64,000 bases of DNA from Eledone cirrhosa (taxonomy: Eukaryota). The notes beneath the pieces are model-generated. The model was not told the origin of the DNA. It did not search any database and was given only the letters and a program-made list of their open reading frames with translations. Position 1 is the first letter of the stretch; each line of letters begins with the position of its first letter. Positions 13,927 to 26,289 of the stretch are shown in pieces. Made by a program: the position numbers and the translations under genes. The stretch covers positions 297,476,001 through 297,540,000 of the forward strand of contig OZ024742.1 of assembly GCA_964016885.1 (NCBI GenBank), in the 5' to 3' direction.

Positions 13927-16109
13927 TAGGAAAATATTAATCTTTGACCTTAACCAAAGGTTAATACCAATTGAGAAATGCGATGGTGCTTGTCGCTGGG
14001 TCACAATATTATATAAGTATATAGATACTTCTGTTATTAAAAATAACTACCTTTTTAATATATATCTGTTTCTACTAGACCTCTGAACAGTTGGTGTTAT
14101 TAACAAACACAGGTTGTATAACTGACATGAACCATAACTATGGAAGAATAGATACAACAAAATTAGGAATGTAATTAGCTTCATTATCAAATGCTTGCCT
14201 TTTTTACATACATTTATTATTGAATACAATTATTCTTTCAATGCAAGCATATGTACTGGTGCCAATGAATATATTTGAAATAGCACAACATACCAGCAAC
14301 TTTAGTAATGCATGATAGTTTCTCCATAGCAGATTAGTTTTGAGTTTATGCAGCATCAGTTATTTAGTGAAACTGCTAATGATGCATTTGATATTTTTGA
14401 AATAACTAATAAGTATAGACACTATCATCATCATCACTATCATCATCATCAACATCATCATCATCGCTGTTTAGCATCCATTTTCCTTACTAGCAAGGAA
14501 ATCAATGAAACAATGTTACTAACAGCTCACATATGTTGAGGTGATCTTACCTACATACTTTTCTGTACACTACAGTGTATGCCACATGCATTTTATGATG
14601 GCATGAACACTCTAGTGAGGTTGCTGTATGTTTGCCACAACTGAACAGTCCTCTCAACCCTTTTTTGGCATGGCTTCAGTAACTGGATCCCCATCCTATC
14701 ACCAACCACCTTACAGAGTGTACTGCTTGCATTTTTGTAGCACCAGTACGAGAGAGTTTGCTGATCATTGACTCAACTGAAAAGTCAACTCTACTCTATA
14801 GATGGACAGGATGAGGAGGTAGAAGAGAAGGAAGATAAATAGGCTAGCATGGCTGTATGGCAGGTAATAGAGAGGAAAATGTATGTAATGGGTATATGCC
14901 AAGTGATGGGATTTGACAGAGCAGAATGTCGCTTGGAATTATGGGTTAAAATCGTAGTATCTGTTTTAGAATACAAATAAAATTCAGAGAAGAAATCAAT
15001 TCATCTTTATGATTTTAAAATTGAAGCTCATTCGGTTAGAGTTATTAAAGGAAGACCCTGGATGTAAAGCTAGTCAATCACAGGGTTAACCCCCAGCTGA
15101 ATGGACTGGAGAAACATGGAATGAAGCATCTTGCTCCAGAACACTATATGTTGCCTGGCCTGGTAATCAAACCCATGACCTTATGATCAGGAGATTAACC
15201 CCCTAACCACTGAGATGCAGGCCTTTGTTACATAAATTTATTGGATTTTTAAAGTTTTAGAAATAGTTTTAAAATTCAGTTATATTGCTAAGAGAAAATA
15301 CTTTAAAATAGGCTAGCAAATTTAAACATTTTTTTTATTAATTGATGAAACATATCTTTTATAGCTGGTTCTTTCAAATATTAACAATACAATTGTTAAA
15401 AGCAGTAAATATTTTCCAGGTAGGTTCTCAGTAAAATAAAATAATTGATTTTATCTAAAGAGAAATTAGTTGTCTATTATATAGTCTATGCTATCCTATA
15501 AACATATAATATTACTTTCATCCTTCAATTTTTTGTAGTGTGGAAGATGAACATTGTCTACATTTCAGTTGAGCTTTTGATGATATGCCAATAATCAATG
15601 ATTGCTTTGTGTACTCTGTTTGGTGGTTAAAAATGATCTATGATTGAAAAGGTAGTTTTAATTGGTTGTGAGAAAGAGCACTAAACTATTAAGACAATAA
15701 TAATTTTAGTCCGCAAGAGCAGAATGTCAGTTGCCTGTCTGAGGAAAGAGCTCTGCAAGGTGGGGTCTTTGTATTAGCAGTTGTCACTTGCCATTGTCCA
15801 CGGAAATGCTTTTGCAGTTTTGTCCATTGCGCACAGTCCCAACACTGTTGTGCCCTAGGCCATCACCCTCTCCTCTTCCCCTCTCATTTTCTTCTGTGGT
15901 CCTAGAGTCTTTTCTTTTCCTCTCATTTATGGCTTTTATAGCCTTTTCCTCTACTTTCCCATACAACCAGATCAACCCATAATTACCCCTCCCCCATTTT
16001 CTCATTACTTAATTTTGCTTTTATCTTTCTTTTTCATATTTATGTAATCATCAATATTTTTTAAGCCAACTTTGTGTATATTTGTAATGTTATTTATAAA
16101 ATAACATTA

Positions 16110-16292
16110 TTTGGCAGTATCGGTAGAGGGTCGGGCGCCATGCTTTGCAGCACAGTTACGTCCCTTTACGGACTGAGTTCAAATCCCGCCGAGGTTAACT
16201 TTGCCTTTCTCCTTACGGGGTCGATAAAATAAAGTACCAGTAATGCACTGGGATAATTGCTGACCTTGTGTCAAAAGTAGAAACAATTATTT
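16110..16292 (+). mobile_element. tRNA-derived SINE
   Basis: ttggcagtatcggtagagggtcgg, B box gagttcaaatcc, same core and 3' end as the 7285 copy. Confidence 0.85.
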
Positions 16293-16433
16293 TATTAATA
16301 ATAATGTTATTCATAAAATAATATGTTATTAATAAAATAATAATGTTATTTATAAAATAACATTATTATTTTATTAATAACATATTTATATTCCAAAGAG
16401 AAGAAACCAGAACATTTTTCTCTGAGAGTTCCT

Positions 16434-16477
16434 TATACTCTGAAGAAGGGAATTTTAAGTCCCGAAATATTAGGATG
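16434..16477 (+). ncRNA. Decayed hammerhead-like motif
   Basis: CTGAAGA-A-GGGA..TCCC-GAAA-TAT-TA; stem I is weak. Confidence 0.4.
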
Positions 16478-16904
16478 AAAGAAACAACAGCAACAAAACA
16501 AAGATTACCAGGTAACTAACGTTTTCATTACCTTCATCTTGTCGTCCACTTTGCATTGTCTAGCCTTATATCACTTTCCACATTATATTTTATATACAAT
16601 GCTTCAAGCAATCTACATTTTATTAAATAAATATATTTACAATGTTCACAGAGTAACTATTTTATGTTCATCTACTTTGGTAATGCCTTGTTTCATACAT
16701 AATTTATGCGAACTAAAAAATGACTGGAAGCTAAGATGTTTCCAGAACTAAATTATTTGGTTTTAATTCTGCATTAATTAGGATATGTCTGCTAGGCATA
16801 ATCACAATGAAAATCTACTAAATCAATGTTTCCCATTGATGAGTTTATTCAGTATTACACTCTTAGAAAATTTACTTTGATGATTCTTGTCAATGCCAAT
16901 ACAA

Positions 16905-17200
16905 TGAAAGCTCACCTGGTAGGGACATGAATCCCACCACAACTCCTTATCCAAAGCGTTTCTCCATCATACAGTTGAAGAAGGGCGAGACAGACAAAGA
17001 ACATCCTGGTCTGGTCCAACAATATCAAGAACTGGACAGGTTTTAAGACTGTGATCATTCTCTGCATTTTACAGAGGACAAAGATTAGTGATGATTGCCA
17101 ACTGCAAAAATTCATAGTGTAGCACCCCAACAACTGGATATAATCTATCACATTTTTCCCAACAAAATTTTATTTTAATGTCAGACCATTTAGTAGGAGA
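16905..17200 (+). mobile_element. Old RTE-class LINE 3' remnant
   Basis: The + strand reads LTW*GH..HNSLSKAFLHHTVEEGR.RQR.SW, which resembles the WFGHV..LSK.I.QG.VEG.R.RGR motif. Confidence 0.55.
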
Positions 17201-17677
17201 ATAGTGTGATGATGGAACAATAACTGTAAAATGAAATAGCTGTATGATTTGTGTCAGTCTTACAGGGGACAAGGCGATCTCTCTAGTTTTGGAGCCATAA
17301 TAAAACACACCCAGTATAAAATGGTTGTAGCTAAGAAGGTCATCTGACTGTAGAAAAATAGAGCCAAAAATGGAACATGTGAACAGATGAATGAATGTCC
17401 TCTGACATATCTCAAAGTAAGAAATGACTCAGTCTGTAGAAGCCTTTCTAAACCTTAGCAGAATGGAAAATAGACATAGACTGATGAGCATAATGATCTA
17501 AAAAATAATTGTAAATTACAATTCTAGAAAGGTGGAGGTGAACAAAATAGACAAAATGCAAAATATAAAGTAAGAATACAAAGAAAAAATTCCAAACATA
17601 ATTTTATTGACATAGATTTTATTGGTATAGATCAACCAATGCAACACCTGCAAGCATGAAAAATGGACATGAAAAAG

Positions 17678-17790
17678 ATGATGATGATGATGAGGATGAT
17701 GGTGGTGGTGGTGGTGGTGGTGGTATTGGTGGTGGTGGTGGTGGTGGTGATGATCATGATCATGATGATGTTCATGATAATGATGATGAA
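17678..17790. repeat. (GAT)n/(GGT)n microsatellite, probably the expanded tail of an RTE-related element
   Basis: Follows caagcatgaaaaatggacat, the conserved 3' end motif. Confidence 0.85.
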
Positions 17791-20014
17791 TGGTCTCCAA
17801 ACAAATTTTTTCAGCTTATATCTTATGGGTAATTCTTAGCATAGTATTTTTAAGAATACATTGAATGAAAAAAGACATGTTTTAAAAAAAGTATGTATTC
17901 ATATAAATAAAATATATAATATATTTCTATCAAATTTTATCAAAAGAGTCCCTGCCATGTTGAATCCCATGTTTTCTTTAGCAGAACACTCTTTTCAAAA
18001 CATGTGTATTTACAAGAAATACGTTGAAACATCTTCAGCTTTTATAAGGTTAACAATTTCATAATCTTTCTCTATTACATTATCTGAATTGCACGAAAAC
18101 ATCATTTAAAGATTAACTCTTGATTGAAATCTACACAGAGCACACTAATGAATTATATGTACTATATGCTTCTGTCTATCAAACTAATCCTTTCCTTACC
18201 ATATTTCTAATGAAAGATGTTTCCTATGATTTTCAGATTATTTTTAAAGTAATCAAGTATTTGGAGGAATTTAGTAATATAACTAGTTTTCCCATTATCA
18301 AACTGCTGTTTGGAACATAACTAATGTTCTTACATAAAATGACGATGGAAGGTTTTAAGATGGATATAAACACTTTAAAACAAACAGTTTTAGGTAATTT
18401 GATATCAACAGACTTAATACATAATCAATAGATATTCTCTGTCCATTCTTTACATAGTGGAAGTGAAATTTTCTTTTTTTCCAACACATCCTCAAGTAAT
18501 CTCTGCAAAATCACCAATAATAGTTCCAAAATCAGGAACTTTTTTCAATGTTTTAGAATCAATAAAATATTGCTTTTGAATTTCCATCTTTTATGATCAA
18601 AGTAAAGAATTTTCTCACTCATCAATTTCACCAGTTTTTCCTTTTTTCTGCGTTTTCCTACAAATTCTTTAAAGCTGAAGCAGCAGTTAGCTTGAGAGTC
18701 TCCATGACAGTCCATAAAACATTGGCCTCCTTTTGGAGGCAATGTTTTGTAGGCAGATGTCCTTCCTGCCATCAAGCATTTTAGTTGCCTCTTATCATAT
18801 ACAGGGATACAGTGTACCAATTCTAAATAGAATATAGAACATTTATATATTTTAAGCTCAATAGAAATCAAAAGAACAATTCTAAATTAGCATTATGTGG
18901 TTTATTTTCTTTGGACATGGAACTATCAGTTGTTGCCTCTTTCTAGCATATTTCCATTGCATTTGAGTGGCTGGTTAAAATGATACTGCTAAACTAGTCA
19001 TTGGCTGACACCATCCTCTGTTACCTAATTGATTATGTGAATGACTGGTACATACTTTACTTCTCCAGATATTTTAATTATCCCAACGACTTCTCATAAT
19101 GGCTCAGCATCCTATCCTTCGTTCATATTCTTAATTGTATTTTTGCTCATACTGCTATCAACTTCAATAGCTAGCTTTTCAGATGGGTCCTCTTGGAATA
19201 AGCCTTCACTTTCCCATACATTCTCATTTATAAACCTCCCACTGCTATGTAACTTTTATTTCAAGTATTCAGGGTAAATTCCAGGTTTGAAGATATCTTT
19301 CACCCTCCAGTTTTGGGAACACAAAAAGGAAAACCAATATTTATCAAAAAGTTATATTTGAAAACTGTGCCTTTGAAAAATTGTAAAAATTACTTTGAAA
19401 AAAGTGTTTTTAATTGTAAGGGACAGTTTAAACAAATAACAATTTTAAACATGAGCTGAATATTTTTGTATATTACTTTACAAATCAACATATTCCTTTA
19501 TTTCACATTAAGCAGAAATAGTACAGTGTACATGATATTTATCATATCATTTATGATTTTAACTAGTTCCAGTAACTGGGTTTTGCATATCTTTAATAAC
19601 AGAATTTATTGTTTTCTCCTGTATCTTAATGATCTATTAGTTTTTGAAGACAAAAAAGTATCTATTGATTAAAGACAGCAAATACTATAAATGGATGCAA
19701 AATTATATCATTTAGTAAAGAAGACAAATTAAACAAAGAAAAAAATTAATTAATTAAAATCTAAAGATAACTTTTTTGTGGAATTCATATTCTGAATTAG
19801 TGTAAGATAATGGTATTTCAAGTATCAGAGTAAAATTGCCAAAGGTACATTTCAGCTGATGTTACACATGGCTTTAATTTTTTTTTATTCACAATATATA
19901 TCATTTATGAAATAAAGCTTTCATGAAAAGATATTTTATCAAAAAAAAAAAAAATGAAAAGAAACACACAATACCAATTTTAATAAAGAAACTACATTCT
20001 AATTATCACATAAT

Positions 20015-20630
20015 TGAGTGAATGATTGTGGCCGGATTCTTTCTGAAGATGACTGAGTGAGGGAATATTAATGAGTATGCTTGAGTGAATGATTGTTACT
20101 TAATGGGAGTGAGGGACTGTTACTTAATGTGGCTCAGTGAGGGATTGCTACTTATTGTGTTTGAGTAAGAGATTCTTGCTTAATGTGGTTGAGTGAGTGA
20201 TTACTTCTGAATGTGAGTGAGGGATTGTTACTAAATTTGTCTCAGTGAGTGATTGTTACTGAATGTGTATGAGGGATTGTTTACTGAATTTGGCTCAGTT
20301 AAGGATTGTTACTGAATGTGGTTGAATGTTAGATTGTTACTAAATTTGGTTCAGTGAGTTATTGTTATTGAATGTGAGTGAGGGACCATTACTGAATGTG
20401 GTTGAGTGATGGATTATTACTGAATGTGGTTGAGTGACTGTTACTGAGTATGAGTGATGAATTGTTACTGAATATGCCTGAGTGAGGGATTGTTGCTCAA
20501 TGTGAGTTAGTGATTATTACTCAATGTGACTAAGTGAGAGATTGTTTTTCAATGTGAATGAATGAATGTTTCTCTACGTAAGCGAGTATGAGTGGTTGTT
20601 TCTCAATGTGAGTAATTATTGCTTAATGCA
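20015..20630. repeat. Degenerate ~28-32 bp minisatellite
   Basis: About 20 copies of gagtgagggattgttactgaatgt(ggtt). Confidence 0.85.
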
Positions 20631-21246
20631 ACCATGTCAATACATCTGATCAATGCCAATATGGTAAGCAGACATAAAACGATAGAGCGGACAGGATTGA
20701 GTGGAAAGAGAAAGAAAGAAATTGAGAAAGAGATACATATTCATATCAATGTGGAGTGAAACTCACATTCATGAAAAAAAAGGATTTGTGTTATGTTTTC
20801 AACTGAGTTATACCTCCTTACACCAATATTCACTTTGCATATTACAAGAACAATATACAAGACAAAGAACTGGGGCCTATATAGTTGACTAAAATCCTTC
20901 ACCCTTTTGATACAAAATTGTCTGAAACCACCTTTGTTTCTGTTTATTGTAAAGTACTTGTATCTATCTAAAATATTCCATCATGAGAACTTTTCCTATG
21001 TTCAAAACACCAGGTACATTACTCTATTCCTTTCAGTTCTTTGACTATCTAAAAATAAAAAATGTGAAAATCAAAAGCTGTGTCTTTCATTAAAAATGTG
21101 GTAATGGAAGAGTTAAAGGCCATGTCCTAACATGACCACAACTCAATGAATGAAACCCTTAAAAGAATGAAAGTAATATGCATTTTGTTGAGATAAATAT
21201 ATGGATAAATATATAAAATAAAAGCAATTTATTTGCAAATAAATGT

Positions 21247-21277
<31 letters not shown>

Positions 21278-21279
21278 AG

Positions 21280-21335
<56 letters not shown>

Positions 21336-21337
21336 CT

Positions 21338-21368
<31 letters not shown>

Positions 21369-21562
21369 ATTGATATTCTTAAGGCATAGAATCTTTTTTC
21401 CATTTCAAAAAAGCCTGCACAGTTTAATGTATATATTTTTTTTGTCTTGTCTTGTTCTCTGAATACTCGCAGCTTCTTTCAATTTTTCCTCTATGTACAG
21501 ATACCATATTTTCTACACCAATAATATTTTACAATTTCTTTTGCACTGCTTCTCATCCAACA

Positions 21563-21752
21563 TTGGTGGATTGGCAGTATCGGTAGAGGGTCGGACGCCA
21601 TGCTTTTCACGCATAGAGTTACCAGCCTTGCCATTCTGAGTTCAAATCCCGCCGAGGTTAACTTTGCCTTTCATTCTTACGTGGTCGATAAAATAAAGTA
21701 CCAGTAATGCACTGGGTAATTTCTGGCCTTGTACCAAAAAGTAGAAACAATT
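21563..21752 (+). mobile_element. tRNA-derived SINE
   Basis: Very similar head, B box, core and tail to the 16110 copy. Confidence 0.85.
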
Positions 21753-22464
21753 TAATAACTGTCTCATGTTGTTCAACTTAATAACTGCTGCAATTGTCAT
21801 TTCCATGCTAACTATCCATGGTAACAATTAACCATCACCATCAAAACATCTGATACAGTGAAGCTAATGCTATCTTGTTTTCTTATTTGGTAGATGTGGT
21901 GGAATGGGCAGTTCCCATGCCTTTCATAGGCCGTCAAAGTCCAGAGAGACTTATGCTGTTGTTGGTCTCTATAAATTGTTGCAGATCCACTCACTTAGGA
22001 AAAACATGTGCAGGAGGGAGTTTCAGGGGCATGTTCTTGGCAGGAACGACTGGTCTGAGAGGCTAGTGTGGAGTCTGGTGGGGACATAACATGGGTGTCA
22101 AAAGGAAGCAATGTAGGTGAGTCAGAGGTGTTTGAATGGGGGCAGCATAAGTCCAGCAAGCTCTGACGAGTAAAGACAATTGTACCCAAATTATAGAAGT
22201 ATACTTCTAATTTACACACAATGTAAGTCTGAGGAGAATGCTGTTGTACTAACAAAGTACAGCTGACCTACCATACCTAACAGAGAGCATTCATCATTGC
22301 TATATATGGGATTTTCAATTTGCAAACATAATTCATGCAAGAAAACTATGCACAAGGCAAAAATCTATTTTTACACATCACACTGGTCATACTTTTCATG
22401 ATTTTGGCTAGGTTTTACTGGCTGGATGCCGTTCCTATCACCAACCACTTTACATCGTGGACTA

Positions 22465-22685
22465 TGACTGATGGGTGAAGAAATGCCAGGAAATACCAGT
22501 GGAAAGAAGCGTCAGTAGAAGATGACCGAGAGAGACCTGGGAAGAGGTTGTGAGAGCCGACCTCAAATTGCTAAGACTGGTAAAGGAGATAATGAAGGAA
22601 CATGACAAGTAAAGAGATGTTGTGGTGAGAAAGACCTGTCCAACCCATGCAAACATGGAAGATGTAAAAATGATGATGAGGATGA
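22465..22685 (+). mobile_element. RTE LINE 3' fragment
   Basis: WVKKCQEIPVE.....R.TWEEVV.ADL and (gat)n tail. Confidence 0.7.
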
Positions 22686-25565
22686 GACTGGGTCGCACTT
22701 CCAAATAGAAACTAAATCAGACTGTAACAATCCACCAAGTCCATGGCAGGACAGGGAAGTAGATATAAACTGATAATGATAACACTGCTTGCAAACACTC
22801 AGCCTTCTCAGATTTTACAGCCATCTATTCTAGCTCTCATTATCATCAGTTTACTTCCACTTTTCCATACTGCCATGGAATTGAGGGATCATTGTCCTCT
22901 TAGATGGGCCACGGATCATATTGATTTACTTACTTTCCACTTCTGGCATGGTTTCTACAAATGAATGCCTTCCTAATACCAACCACTTAATGATAATTAA
23001 ATTCAAATTTTTTAGATCTTCCTATCAATCAATGTTCTACACAGATGACTGTAAAAAGCATACAAACTAATATGGGCTCATCTACATGGTCATTTGACTT
23101 GCTAGAAATAACAGCATAAACTCTAATGGAAATCTAATCCAAGATATAAACTATGTGATAATATAGGATGATGATAGCTAGAATGCCTTACACATGGGTC
23201 TGCTATGTATTGGGTGTATCAACCTTTAACATAAATTTTATAATAGAATATGAATATTTTCTTGGCTCAACTTTTCTATACTACATCACTTCTTCTTCAT
23301 GGCTACGAAATATCATCTTTTGTTTTTAATGTTTACATTATATTAAGACCAAATAACATTTCTGCCATCATGTGGAAACAGTAAATGACATGTTGTTCAC
23401 TTAAAAGCTTCCCAATTACTCATTTTCGTATACCTGGAATTGACAGGGTTCTCTCTGGCTTTCATCTAAGTGAACATCAGTGCTCAATTATCTCTCTTAC
23501 GTACTTCCTTTCAAATCAATATTATATCCTTTCTATTGTTACAGCTAATTATAATCCTACATTTAACATTTCCAAAACCTAGATACAATACATCACAAAA
23601 AACAAAACAAAAAAAACAATGAGCTGAGCTATCAAAGAAATCTTCACATATAGTCAGAAACAACAGCCAAACGTACCTTAAATCATACCCTACTATCATA
23701 AATAAAGAAGGATACATTGGAGAATATAGTTTTAAATATACACAACTAGAATGTTTTCGATTAGCATTGAAATTGGTCTAAATAACAACAAGTCTAAAGA
23801 AGTTACTCAGTTATTCATAAACTATTAATAGCTAAAATTATCATCCCATATCTAATGAGTATTAATGAAAACTGTATGTTTCCCATGTAGAAATGTCAGA
23901 TTTATTTTTAGTGCCAAAGAAAACTTAAGGCTTAAACAACAAAATCATTACAAAGCATAACATTTTCTTTTGTTCAGTCATAGAGGGAATGGTCACACAA
24001 ACCTTTTCAGAGCTCCCAATATTGAGAGAAATGTATCTTCAAACCCAAACACTGGTCCAAATACTTGCAACAGAATGGAATCTGCTCAAAGCATTCATGG
24101 ACTAGTTGTTGATGTTAAACCTACGGTACTCATTGAGTAGTTACCATCCATCTAACTGGAACTGAATACAACCATACCCTTACCTGCACACTCTATAGAG
24201 TATCTACTGCATCTCTGACATATAAGACTTCTTGTACCAACACTTTAAATATTGGATATATTGCTGTAATATATCCTCTATTTACCACTTCCACTACTAC
24301 TTCAACAATCTCAGCTTCCTGGTCTTTATAAGCATCTTAAACCTTTTGTTACCGAACTGCATGAAACTGGTTTCTACAAAACTAAACTGCATTTAAAGAA
24401 TGTTCATTATAATTCTATGCAAGAAATTTTGTTATGTTACAAACACTAGCTTAATAACGAGAAAATTAGTTATAGTACAAAATCCTTTCAAATCTTTATT
24501 TTCAAAATACTTTGAATAACATAGTGTCTTTCATGAGAAATATGGCAATGAAAGGGTTAAAACAGCATAAACCTATTCATTGTAGCTGCCTCGAATCTTT
24601 TTCTTTTATGATATTAGCCAAAAGAAAGGGACATCATCTATAACTCTATCCTATAACCCTTAATGACTTATTTTCAGAACCCACACTAAATATTATGGTT
24701 AATTCTGCCATCTGAGTAAAACACATTCAATTATCTCCCTTTTTTCCAGATTTTTTCCCATTCACAAATATTCACTGATCTTATCTAATTATCCCTATCA
24801 ATGTACACAATCTTAGAACTACAAAACCTATAATTACTGCCCACCTTCAAATCAGTTTCAATGTCTGTTTAACTACACAACCAGGACTGCATCAGAGTAT
24901 TTCTAATACCAACAATGTTACAGGCTGTACTAGTCATCTTTTATAATGTCGCCAGAACAGCACATGAAAATAACACTTTTTTAATGTAGATATAACTACA
25001 GTTTTTAAATGATAAGTCTCAGTCGGAAAATGAACTATAAACAATATGGTTTTTGTGTCACAATAATCAATTAATTTAAGTGTGAGAAGGATTAAGCACT
25101 CTGTATTGGTTGTACCATTCCATCTAATGTATGAATTTTTACAGGCTGATACATAGTGGAGTATTGATATATAAATGATTACAAAGATAGGATTGTAATT
25201 TTCAATATTTTAATGAATTCAGTAAATATTCTAAAGTACATTTCTGGCTATATCTGTCCTATAATGTAATACAATCGAAAAAGACAAGCCTTCATCAGAC
25301 AACAAATTAAAGGTGAATATAAGAAAAGCAATGTTGTCTCATAACATGACAACCCATCTAACCCATGCAAGCATGGAAACATTAACGTTAAATGCTTATG
25401 ATGATATGTATATATATTGTTATACTTTGGGAGGGTCATGTTGCCAATAAGAAACACACGCACCAGTTGCTTTCATTTCAATTTATTATAAATTAAATTT
25501 ATAAATTTAGGAATTTATAAAATTCCGGTTGGTTGGTTCCACAACCAGATCATTGTTCATATATT

Positions 25566-25608
25566 GTCAAAGTTCTTTCGTCACACATTCTGTGACCTCT
25601 TCAGTGAC
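25566..25608 (-). ncRNA. Type I hammerhead ribozyme
   Basis: Reverse complement of 26009-26051. Confidence 0.8.
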
Positions 25609-26008
25609 TGGGGATTCTTTTCTTTGTTTTTGTGCCTCTCCTTTGTTCTGTCCTACGCCATCTTGTTTTTGTGTGTGTTGTGTGCTTAGTTTGCGCATGT
25701 GTTACATCCGGGTGTCTGTGGGTGTTTATATTTGTTTATTTATTTGTTTATTTACATGTTACTGGTTGGTTGTTTGTTCTATGTGTGTGTGTGTTTTCAT
25801 TTTGTCCTTAATTGTAAGTTGTGATGTTGCTGTTCCATTCATGTTTTCTATTTAATTTTGTTTTTTTTAATTTTGGTTGGAGTTCATTTATGTGTTTTTA
25901 ATAAACATAAATGAACTCCAACCAAAATTAAATAGAAAACATGAATGGAACAGCAACATCACAACTTACAATTAAGGAGAGGCACAAAAACAAAGAAAAG
26001 AATGCCCA

Positions 26009-26051
26009 GTCACTGAAGAGGTCACAGAATGTGTGACGAAAGAACTTTGAC
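26009..26051 (+). ncRNA. Type I hammerhead ribozyme (extra nt after A9, CUU site)
   Basis: GTCA-CTGAAGA-G-GTCACA gaatg TGTGAC-GAAA-GAAC-TT-TGAC; stem I GTCA/TGAC; 6-bp stem II. Confidence 0.8.
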
Positions 26052-26241
26052 AATATATGAACAATCATCTGGTTGTGGAACCAACCAACCGGAAATTTAT
26101 AAATTTACTTTATAATAAATTAAAGTGAAAGCAACTAGTGCGTGTGTTTCTTATTGGCAACATGACCCTCCCAAAGTATAACAATATCGGTTTCAACACA
26201 CGTTTTCAGATAAAGAATCTTGCTAAACAAATTCAGAAACG

Positions 26242-26289
<48 letters not shown>

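Larger units (their letters stand above)
25414..26243. mobile_element. Fold-back of two inverted Penelope pLTR segments with no RT
   Basis: 25414-~25893 is the reverse complement of ~25903-26187 (right arm has a deletion); related to the pLTRs at 36480-36760 and 57953-58247; (TA)n flanks. Confidence 0.85.

Noticed and set aside
16110-16200. tRNA gene (A/B boxes)
   Set aside because: SINE head that runs on into a core and tail shared by several copies; no full cloverleaf
16912-17151. Minus-strand ORF ending at a CAG|GTGAG donor-like site
   Set aside because: The opposite strand is a decayed RTE RT C-terminus, which explains the composition
20015-20630. CRISPR-like periodicity
   Set aside because: No unique spacers, degenerate units, eukaryotic context and no cas genes
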